In this document: positions 8,803 through 16,300 of the stretch, piece by piece
How positions within the stretch are numbered: position 1 is the stretch's first letter
How the letters are laid out: every line of letters starts with the position of its first letter
IMG/VR virus record: IMGVR_UViG_3300036783_000047
Span: 1 to 27,127 of that record
Strand: one strand, 5' to 3'
Source: a virus
Lineage: Duplodnaviria; Caudoviricetes
Length of the DNA stretch: 27,127 nucleotides
Made by a program: the position numbers and the translations under genes
The notes under the pieces: model-generated
What the model was told of the DNA's origin: nothing
The model's input: only the letters and a program-made list of their open reading frames with translations
Database searches by the model: none

Positions 8803-9215
8803 AGAAGCTTCTAATCCTGCCAGCCCTAACGCTGTCGTTGGCCGCGTGTACGCACACAACTAGTCATCCGACAGATGTAGTCCCAACGACTGCTCGTACT
8901 CCCGCGCATGTCGTCCAGACACAGCGTCCTTCTCTAGTATACGTGCCTTACGAGCCTCCGGCGATTCCAGTCGTAGCGAAGTTTTACAAGCTCACAAACG
9001 TCAGCATCTGCGGCCCAGCGCCTATGGGTGGCGTAACAGACTCAGGTACTGCCTACCAAGGTCACGAGAGGGTAGGCATTAACACGTTCCCTACCACGAC
9101 ACAGCTCACCAGCTGGATCGCACAAGCTGCCGACTTCGGTGTCGTTCCTCTCCAGAAGGGTAAGAGCTGGGTCATCTACAAGGCTACTGACCAGACAGCG
9201 AAGGGATGTAACTAG
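8799..9215 (+). CDS. Putative lipoprotein (138 aa)
   Basis: Start re-called to GTG 8799: MKKLLILPALTLSLAAC is a signal peptide plus lipobox, followed by a Thr/Pro linker. Confidence 0.8.
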   Translation: MKKLLILPALTLSLAACTHTTSHPTDVVPTTARTPAHVVQTQRPSLVYVPYEPPAIPVVAKFYKLTNVSICGPAPMGGVTDSGTAYQGHERVGINTFPTTTQLTSWIAQAADFGVVPLQKGKSWVIYKATDQTAKGCN

Positions 9216-9583
9216 TGAGTCGGCCTAGGATCATAACGGCTCGAGCATTCTCCGCAGCTCTAGTCAAGGCAGGTATTCTGCCAGAGGACGCACCTGACAG
9301 GATATCAAGAATCGTCATCGATGTCAACCCGCAAGAACCTGTCAAGATGTATGTAGAGTACATCGCAGATGAGCGTCTACTCGACGTAGCTCTAGGTCTT
9401 GGCGGGATCGAGATCGTAGGAGTCGACTACGACGAGAAGAATCAACTAGACAAGCTACGCACCATCGCCACTTCACACGACGGTGTCCTTCAGGAACTAG
9501 ACGAGGCAGTGAGGATAGACCAGGTCACTGCAGGCCAGGCAATCCTGCTCAAGCTACTAGAAGAACTAGGGGCCAGATCATGA
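9215..9583 (+). CDS. Hypothetical protein
   Basis: 122-aa ORF coupled to both neighbours. Confidence 0.75.
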   Translation: MSRPRIITARAFSAALVKAGILPEDAPDRISRIVIDVNPQEPVKMYVEYIADERLLDVALGLGGIEIVGVDYDEKNQLDKLRTIATSHDGVLQELDEAVRIDQVTAGQAILLKLLEELGARS

Positions 9584-9822
9584 CTCCTAATGAGAAGGCC
9601 AACCAGGCTGCAGCAGAGCTAGTCGAAGCGGTCCGCTCAATGAATCCTCTAGATCCTGCAGGCGAGTATATCATCCCTGTTCGCTGTTCAGTAGATCCAG
9701 ATCAGTCTTACATGTCTTGGGACTGGTTCTGGCGTCCGAAGACTGACAAGGAAGCAGATCTGGATACACATCTAGTCGAGCAAGAACGACGTAGATTGGA
9801 TGATGAAGATGACGGCAGTTAA
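9580..9822 (+). CDS. Hypothetical protein
   Basis: 80-aa ORF with ATGA overlap. Confidence 0.7.
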   Translation: MTPNEKANQAAAELVEAVRSMNPLDPAGEYIIPVRCSVDPDQSYMSWDWFWRPKTDKEADLDTHLVEQERRRLDDEDDGS

Positions 9823-9994
9823 GCATGTCAGACACTCAAGGGTACAAGGTGTCAAGCTGACCTCCATGGGCCGTGTTCTTACGAAGTGTAACGAATACGT
9901 TCTGCAGACTAGGATCGTCTCAGACATTATGCTCATTACCTGCTCAGAGTGCAAGCACCGCGTTCGCTCGGAGTCACGAGCCAATGGGTCTTGA
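9800..9994 (+). CDS. Small putative zinc-finger protein
   Basis: H...C...ITCSEC pattern resembling 8671-8802. Exact start uncertain. Confidence 0.55.
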   Translation: MMKMTAVKHVRHSRVQGVKLTSMGRVLTKCNEYVLQTRIVSDIMLITCSECKHRVRSESRANGS

Positions 9995-10277
9995 AGTTGC
10001 AATGTGCTGCAGATGTCACGAGAGGCCTAGAGTCTCTACCTCATCGTACTGCCAGGAGTGCAGACGTGACAAGGCACAAGAAGCTCGTCAGGCTAGAGCG
10101 TACAAGCCTCTTGACGTCAATGACCCAGAGATCGGTGATAGTCTCAAGGCATTCATCAAGAGGAACCCTCCAGACAAAAAGGTCGTAGCACCCGAGCTCG
10201 AAAGTCACAGGCGCTACATGAAGACCTACAATGCTAGGAAGAGGCAAAGGAAGAATGTCCAGCACCCCGCTTCCTGA
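9984..10277 (+). CDS. Cys-rich basic protein (CxxC...CxxC)
   Basis: Start re-called to ATG 9984 (GGAG upstream). CCRC...YCQECRR motif and basic tail. Confidence 0.65.
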   Translation: MGLEVAMCCRCHERPRVSTSSYCQECRRDKAQEARQARAYKPLDVNDPEIGDSLKAFIKRNPPDKKVVAPELESHRRYMKTYNARKRQRKNVQHPAS

Positions 10278-10473
10278 AGCTGCACAGAAGGCCGCACGTC
10301 GCCTCGGTAAGGTCAACGACTACGTCGAGAAGATTAAGTCTGAAGGGAAAGAGCCATCGCCAGCACTGATCCAGGCACAGAAGCGGGCACAGGCCAGTTC
10401 GAACACCCTCGCGCTGTTCTACCTTGGAGCGACGTTTCGAGAGCTAGGCCGTCTCTCTCAGAAGGAGAGCTGA
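10255..10473 (+). CDS. Hypothetical helical protein
   Basis: MSSTPLPEAAQ...; AAGGAAG upstream; TGATG coupling downstream. Confidence 0.6.
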   Translation: MSSTPLPEAAQKAARRLGKVNDYVEKIKSEGKEPSPALIQAQKRAQASSNTLALFYLGATFRELGRLSQKES

Positions 10474-10709
10474 TGAACTACAGCATCACGACGTTCTACA
10501 ATCACGCAGTCCTAGCCCACACGACAGAGGAGGAACGTCTCACTCACGCTAAGGTAAGCCTCCTGAATAACCTACCTGCAGGCCTAACGCCTGAAGTCGT
10601 CGAAGCGAACATGAACAAGGTGGAACACGACGTCAACTTCGTCCAGTTCAAGGGAGGCTGTTGGCCTCTCTCGATCAAGTCAAGCATAACCATTGATCCA
10701 CAGTTGTAA
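10473..10709 (+). CDS. Hypothetical protein
   Basis: 78 aa with AAGGAG RBS; last gene of the rightward operon. Confidence 0.7.
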   Translation: MNYSITTFYNHAVLAHTTEEERLTHAKVSLLNNLPAGLTPEVVEANMNKVEHDVNFVQFKGGCWPLSIKSSITIDPQL

Positions 10710-10729
10710 AACACTCATGAACAACCTAC

Positions 10730-10770
10730 AGCGGCAGTCGTTGGATCACAGCGGCTGTCGCTTTGTTTTT
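10730..10770 (+). terminator. Intrinsic terminator of the rightward operon
   Basis: AGCGGCAGTCG / CGGCTGTCGCT 11-bp stem with 2 G-U pairs, followed by TTGTTTTT. Confidence 0.75.
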
Positions 10771-10784
10771 ACCAGAAACATCTT

Positions 10785-10943
10785 GTGCTTTTTAGAAGCA
10801 TCAACAGCGATTTGTCATTAGGTCTAACTAAGTCTAAATATGGAATCACAAGGACAAATACCCATCCTTATAAGTTACGACTGAGACGCGAGATATTGAT
10901 TAGACTCAGTTAGACAGTTGGAGCTAAGGCATAAGAAAAGCCC
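10785..10943 (-). ncRNA. Unassigned structured non-coding element, copy A
   Basis: 16-bp stem 10822-10837/10900-10915. Homologous to 19637-19795. Strand inferred from G-U pairs. Confidence 0.55.
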
Positions 10944-10955
10944 TCCGAAGAGGGC
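10933..10955 (-). terminator. Intrinsic terminator of the structural operon
   Basis: Minus strand GCCCTC-TTCG-GAGGGC-TTTTCTT. Confidence 0.85.
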
Positions 10956-10980
10956 GATTCTTACCGAAAGGGTAACTCTT

Positions 10981-11280
10981 CTAGCGCGGCCCAATGATCT
11001 GACGCTGAGACGCTCCGTACACGTAGGATGACGCAGGCTGCGGGTAGGACGACGGCGGAAGACCTGTCGAGTAGAAATCTGCTAGGGCGTTCGCGTCAGC
11101 AAACGCCGTCTGCAGGGCCTGCGCGTCGGCCTGAGCCAGACCCAGTGTCTCGAGTTCTGACTGCTGAACACCCGCGATCCAGGCATAAAAGCCTGCGCAG
11201 TCGTTGAGAGCATCTCTCAAGGCCTGAAGCTTGTTGGCCGCTGAGCTGCTCGTGTCGTTGAGTGTAATTGCGTAGTACAT
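10981..11280 (-). CDS. Hypothetical protein (99 aa), end of tail module
   Basis: Start re-called to ATG 11280 (AGGAG RBS): MYYAITLND... Confidence 0.75.
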   Translation of the reverse strand: MYYAITLNDTSSSAANKLQALRDALNDCAGFYAWIAGVQQSELETLGLAQADAQALQTAFADANALADFYSTGLPPSSYPQPASSYVYGASQRQIIGPR

Positions 11281-11287
11281 GTTTCTC

Positions 11288-11659
11288 CTAAGAAGGAATG
11301 TCGCTCGCGACCGATGTATTTGTCGAATATACGCTGACGATTGAATAGCCAGAGTAGGTAACAGGAGTTGCGACTGCGTCACTGGAGAGCTGAGTCGCTA
11401 GAATTGTATTCCAGTCAGCAGCTGCTAGCCACGACGCGATTGAAGCCGCCCAGGGAGTAGTATCTTCGTGCGTGAACGATTGGCCACTGTCGGTAAGATC
11501 GGCCATAGCGACTGTACCTACATCAGCCATAATGAACATGAAGTAAGGCACAGGATTCGGAAAACCTTGATCAACTCCGTAGTTGGAGCCGACATCCTTC
11601 CCATCGGCATCCTTTAGATAGACGCTGACAGTCCAATAAGGAACTGCTCCTACTTCCAT
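11288..11659 (-). CDS. Hypothetical protein, possible tail-fibre accessory
   Basis: 123 aa with AGGAGGAG RBS; follows the large tail protein. Confidence 0.75.
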   Translation of the reverse strand: MEVGAVPYWTVSVYLKDADGKDVGSNYGVDQGFPNPVPYFMFIMADVGTVAMADLTDSGQSFTHEDTTPWAASIASWLAAADWNTILATQLSSDAVATPVTYSGYSIVSVYSTNTSVASDIPS

Positions 11660-11668
11660 GATCTCCTC

Positions 11669-14600
11669 CTAGTTGACGGGGACTCGTTGAGTACAAGTTA
11701 CGACAGTACCTGAAGGCAGTGATGGAAGCTCCATTTCCACCACACCACCTGTCGTTACTCGGAGTGTGGACGTATTGACAGACGCTGCAACAGTTCCGTT
11801 CCAACCTAGCGGGTACGAACGCCCATTCGATGGAGCCGTAGGTAGAGCATTGGCGAACGCTATCGTCGTCCCTGCAGTTGTCGTAGCTGTAGCAGTCATT
11901 ACAATGTCTACTTCGTAACGACCATCAGTTGTAAGTTGGTACCGTCCTTGGTTTACTGTCCAGTTAGCTGAACCCGTTCCCGATAGCGTACCGAGCGAAT
12001 GCCAAGTGTCGGTAGTGATAAGCGTCGGAGTAGAAGTACTACCACCTGTTGAAGTGACAGTACCAGAGACGTTGACGTTGCCAGTTACATGGAAAGCTCC
12101 GTCAGTACTACCAGACACAGAGCTGCTACCTGACGATGTACCATGGAACCCGATACCGATTGGATAAGAAGTTCCATAGACGTCAGTTCCTGCTACAGCT
12201 GCAATAGAAAGGATCAGAGTACGTTGGACAGCCGTAACGATGATCTTTCCGTTAGCTCCAGCTCCAGCGTTAGCAGTATTTCCACCGACATAGGCGCCCC
12301 CGCCACCCGCTCCAGGAGAAGAGCCCGCAGTACCATTAGTCGTAGTACTAAGCTTTCCCCCTGTACCGCCACTACCTCCACCAGTAGGTGCTATGCCTCC
12401 TGCGCCTCCTGCGCCTGTCGTACTGTTAGGATCGGCATCGGCACCACTTGTTCCAGCAGCTGAAGGTCCTGCAGAAGATCCTCCACCTCCACCTCCACCA
12501 CCAAGTGTTGTCGAGATCGTGTAGCTGATATTGACTAGACCAGTACCTCCTGCGCCGCCAGCCTTTCCAGCTGCTGTTGTAGACCCACCGCCACCCCCGC
12601 CACCCCCGCCAAAGTTGCCTCCAGAACCACCTGCAGTAGGTGCACCTGTTCCCCAGCCTCCTCCGCCACCTGAACCGCCTCCAGAAGGTGCTGTCGTTCC
12701 TGCACCAGGAGTAGCACCAGTGCTATTCTTTCCAGCAAAGCCGTTAGCACTTTGTCCTGCTCCAGTGCCGCCACCAGAGCCTCCGGTGGACGAGATCGAG
12801 CCACCATGACCACCTGTAAATAGAGTGTCACCTGTAGCACCCGCACCTCCCGTCCCACCTGCGTTAGTTGTTGCTGCATTGCCACCAAAAGCTGATGCAA
12901 CCGTAGTACCACTGTGAATAACGGCCGACGAGCCACCGTTACCACCTAGATGGCCTGCAGATCCGGCGGTGCCAGGAGCTCCGACGTTTATCTGGATAAC
13001 GTCGCCAGGCGCGACGGTGACACTCGACGTCTTTATAGCATAACCACCACCGCCTCCAGCAGCACCACCACCTGTACTAGAAGTAGAACCTCCTGCACCA
13101 CCACCACCTGCTCCCCAAGTCTCTATCTGAGAGAGCGAAGTGACGCCATTTGGAACTGTCCAGAAAGTAGTGCCCGGAGTAGTATAAGAATCTGTCTGAG
13201 GCGTTCCGGAGCCGCCAGAGGTGACAGCAAATTTACCAGCTGCACCGCCATCAAAATGGATTGTGTTCGTACTACCTGTACCGCCTGTGTCTGGAGGAAA
13301 TACTCCATAACCTGTACCGTCTGCACCTCCTTTACTGTCTCCACCACCATGTGCACGCACAGTTACAGAGTCACCTGTAAAGAGACTTCTGCTACCTCCG
13401 AAGTTTGGAGAATGTCCAACATGTACGCCTACAACATAGGCGTACGAATTACCAACGGTGACAGCAAGTTGTGGCTCCTCAGAATATTCGGCACCTCCAC
13501 CAGCACTAGTGAAGTTCAACCCAGGCGCAGGCGCATCATCTGCGCCCAGTCCGTCACCGCCCGCGCCCCATGCCTGGACACGTGCGTAGAGAGTACCAGA
13601 AGGGCAAGTCCAGTTACCTGAACCGCTAGTGTACGTCGTGACAGTGTTTACCTGCTTGTAGACTAGGAGACGCCCGCCGTTCTGGTCATCGAATATGATA
13701 TCCGACTCAGTGATAGACGCACCAATGATGGTAGCCGCAATAAGTGTGGCGACACCAATGCTAACTGCAGAAATCGAAGCTGCAGTAATGGATCCGCCGT
13801 TGATCGTGGCAGCATTGATTTCCGTCGAGTCTACAATGCCTGAGACAACTAGTCCAGCAGCTAGAAGCGAGGCATCGATTGTGCCTGCGACGATTAGCGA
13901 ACTGTCGATCGTACCAGCATTGATGACAGAACCAGCATCCCAAGTAACAGGGTTCCAGTTAGTTCCATCGAACTGGTTGATCTGATAGCCTGACGAAGCA
14001 TCGATCCAGATATCACCAGTGTTAGGCGAACCAGGAGCTGTCGTGGCTATGGTAGTCGATATCCCACCAATTGCACGAGCTGTAACAGAGCCATCAAGTA
14101 GAGTGACCGAGATGGACCCACCAGCTATAACGTCAGTACCTGTCCAGGTAATCGCATCCCAGCTAGATCCATTCCAACGGTTCATCTGGTTACCGTTAGC
14201 GGAGTCGATCCAGATGTCTCCGACGTTCGGACTGGCTGGAGCCGAAGCTGCAATGGTAGTAGTTACTCCACCCAACGACCGCGCTGTTATACCAGTACTG
14301 AGAGCCGAGACTCCCACCGAACCGACGGCAAGCTGCGAGCCAGAAACCGATCCAGCTGCAGACTGTGAAACAGCCGATCCGACGGTCTGTCCTGCAACAG
14401 TAGTGCCAGGGTTGAAGGCAGATTCCCAAGGGTCTTCAGGAATAGCATTGAACGTGATCTGCCACTTGTATGCATTGAAGACTTCCGTCCAGCCCCAAGC
14501 TAGCTGCTTGACAGTAGCTTCGCCGCCATAAGCTGGCAGGTTTGAGATCGTGAAGTAGTCGCCCTGCCGAAGCGATGGTACCGAGTCGAAGAGTGATTCT

Positions 14601-16291
14601 GTTTCGACACGAGAGAGATCGATAGTAACACTCGGGTATCGGAGTTTGTCAACGACTCCACTGAAGAGTATCTGCTCGGCGAGTGCAGTCACATCCGAAT
14701 CTGTGCTGCATGAAACGTTTTGTGTGTAAGCGTAGCCAGAGCCTACACCGCTAGGCGGATCGAGAAGCGAGCGATCACCTGTAGCCAGGTAAGCCCGAAC
14801 AGAGTAACCGTCCCAGTTAGTGAGTGTGACATCGTTACGAATAAGCGAGTCATCAAACACCGGAGAGAACGTCGGACTGATCTGTGCTGCCGTATAGTTA
14901 ATCGTCAGTGACGAAGTCTGATTCTGGAGAGAGAACCTAGACCTGAAGCCTAGACCGAACTGGTCACGAGACTCGTAGAGGAAGCCGCCGTCACTCTTCT
15001 CGATTACCGTAAGGACATTAGCGAGAGTATCGTCAGTCTGTGGTCCGAGCTCTACACCAACTCCTGAACCAATTACTTCTGCCCCGATACCTTCCTCGCC
15101 GCAGAGTCGTTGGAATCGAGTTATCGAACCTTCTCCAACGTAGCCACCAAGTGAAAGGGCTGCCGTGACATATGCAGAGGAAGCAGCTGCGGAGAAGGCA
15201 GCTAGGTGGCCGATGGCTACATCGTGTAGAGCATTGCTCGTCGCGGAAGGACTGAACGTCGGTGCGAAGGTTGCCTTCGTCATTGCTGCAGCTGTGCCGG
15301 CGATAGTCCCTGTCTTGGACTGCCAGATAGCTGTATCGCCCTGCCTGATGAGGTCGATAGTCCAAGCGACGTTCGAACCAGACTGCGCTAGACTAACTCG
15401 GACGAGAACAGGTACGCCTGTAACAGCTGTCGTGATTACCTGGTTGGAGATAATCACTGCCTTGGACGAGTTGTACATGTTCGCGTACAGCTGTCCTGTC
15501 GTCCCGTTAAGACTAATGACGACGTAAGCTATCGTCCCGCCTGATTGGATCGAAACGATGTCACGGTTCGCACCCTGTGCACCTGAATCACCTCCTGCCG
15601 GCACAGAGCATGCGAACCAGCATTCAGGCTGCGTGGAGGTGAAGGTAGGAAATGTACAGATGATCTCTGAGCCGTTGAGCGTTGCTAGAGCATCGGCACC
15701 CTTGAAGTCCGAGTTAGCAGCCAGAGAAATGTCGAACCCTGTAGGCCACGTACCTGCCGAGATCGTAGTCGGATACCCAGCAAGGTTGGTGGAACCAGTA
15801 CCATCCTCCATTGTCCAGTAAGCCACCAGCGGTATAGCGGACAGTGACTGGATGTACCGACGAATGGGTGAACCGAGCATCTTGGTTGACTGCGAAAGCC
15901 TACGCCAAATTCCTGCAGCTACGATCGGGACGTAGATGTCATTACCGCTTGTGTCCCACGTGGGAGGCCACTCGCTTACCTCGCCCCAGAATCGATATCC
16001 TGAGTAGGCTGTTGAGTTAGCGGAGGTGTCATTGATGGAGACACGGATTCGAGTATTCTCGGTAACGTACGGGTAGTAAGCACCGCTTGAGTTGAGAGGC
16101 GTGAATCGGCCATCGCGGTTGTTCAGGGTAAGCGTCAAGCCCATAGGAGCCATGGCCGACTGCTCGTTAGTACGACCTACTGGTGTAACGGAAATGTCTG
16201 AGCGCTGCTGCACGTAGGTGGAGATATCTGTCCACGTACCATTGAGGAGCAGCTCGACCTTAATGCCTAGTGGAGAAGCAGGAAACACCAT
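11669..16291 (-). CDS. Large multidomain minor tail / receptor-binding protein (1540 aa)
   Basis: Follows TMP. N-terminal WTDIS..V, GR..E, LNNRDGRFTP, AYW.MED motifs; GDIWID repeats; Gly-rich domains; beta-rich C-terminus. Confidence 0.85.
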   Translation of the reverse strand: MVFPASPLGIKVELLLNGTWTDISTYVQQRSDISVTPVGRTNEQSAMAPMGLTLTLNNRDGRFTPLNSSGAYYPYVTENTRIRVSINDTSANSTAYSGYRFWGEVSEWPPTWDTSGNDIYVPIVAAGIWRRLSQSTKMLGSPIRRYIQSLSAIPLVAYWTMEDGTGSTNLAGYPTTISAGTWPTGFDISLAANSDFKGADALATLNGSEIICTFPTFTSTQPECWFACSVPAGGDSGAQGANRDIVSIQSGGTIAYVVISLNGTTGQLYANMYNSSKAVIISNQVITTAVTGVPVLVRVSLAQSGSNVAWTIDLIRQGDTAIWQSKTGTIAGTAAAMTKATFAPTFSPSATSNALHDVAIGHLAAFSAAASSAYVTAALSLGGYVGEGSITRFQRLCGEEGIGAEVIGSGVGVELGPQTDDTLANVLTVIEKSDGGFLYESRDQFGLGFRSRFSLQNQTSSLTINYTAAQISPTFSPVFDDSLIRNDVTLTNWDGYSVRAYLATGDRSLLDPPSGVGSGYAYTQNVSCSTDSDVTALAEQILFSGVVDKLRYPSVTIDLSRVETESLFDSVPSLRQGDYFTISNLPAYGGEATVKQLAWGWTEVFNAYKWQITFNAIPEDPWESAFNPGTTVAGQTVGSAVSQSAAGSVSGSQLAVGSVGVSALSTGITARSLGGVTTTIAASAPASPNVGDIWIDSANGNQMNRWNGSSWDAITWTGTDVIAGGSISVTLLDGSVTARAIGGISTTIATTAPGSPNTGDIWIDASSGYQINQFDGTNWNPVTWDAGSVINAGTIDSSLIVAGTIDASLLAAGLVVSGIVDSTEINAATINGGSITAASISAVSIGVATLIAATIIGASITESDIIFDDQNGGRLLVYKQVNTVTTYTSGSGNWTCPSGTLYARVQAWGAGGDGLGADDAPAPGLNFTSAGGGAEYSEEPQLAVTVGNSYAYVVGVHVGHSPNFGGSRSLFTGDSVTVRAHGGGDSKGGADGTGYGVFPPDTGGTGSTNTIHFDGGAAGKFAVTSGGSGTPQTDSYTTPGTTFWTVPNGVTSLSQIETWGAGGGGAGGSTSSTGGGAAGGGGGYAIKTSSVTVAPGDVIQINVGAPGTAGSAGHLGGNGGSSAVIHSGTTVASAFGGNAATTNAGGTGGAGATGDTLFTGGHGGSISSTGGSGGGTGAGQSANGFAGKNSTGATPGAGTTAPSGGGSGGGGGWGTGAPTAGGSGGNFGGGGGGGGGSTTAAGKAGGAGGTGLVNISYTISTTLGGGGGGGGSSAGPSAAGTSGADADPNSTTGAGGAGGIAPTGGGSGGTGGKLSTTTNGTAGSSPGAGGGGAYVGGNTANAGAGANGKIIVTAVQRTLILSIAAVAGTDVYGTSYPIGIGFHGTSSGSSSVSGSTDGAFHVTGNVNVSGTVTSTGGSTSTPTLITTDTWHSLGTLSGTGSANWTVNQGRYQLTTDGRYEVDIVMTATATTTAGTTIAFANALPTAPSNGRSYPLGWNGTVAASVNTSTLRVTTGGVVEMELPSLPSGTVVTCTQRVPVN

Positions 16292-16300
16292 CAGACACTC

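Noticed and set aside
10728-10762. ACAGCGGCWGTCG direct repeat as a mini-CRISPR
   Set aside because: Only two 13-bp units with an 8-nt gap. Explained as the arms of a G-U-containing terminator stem.
11669-12200. Diversity-generating retroelement target at the tail-protein C-terminus
   Set aside because: No RT gene and no adenine-variant template repeat seen.
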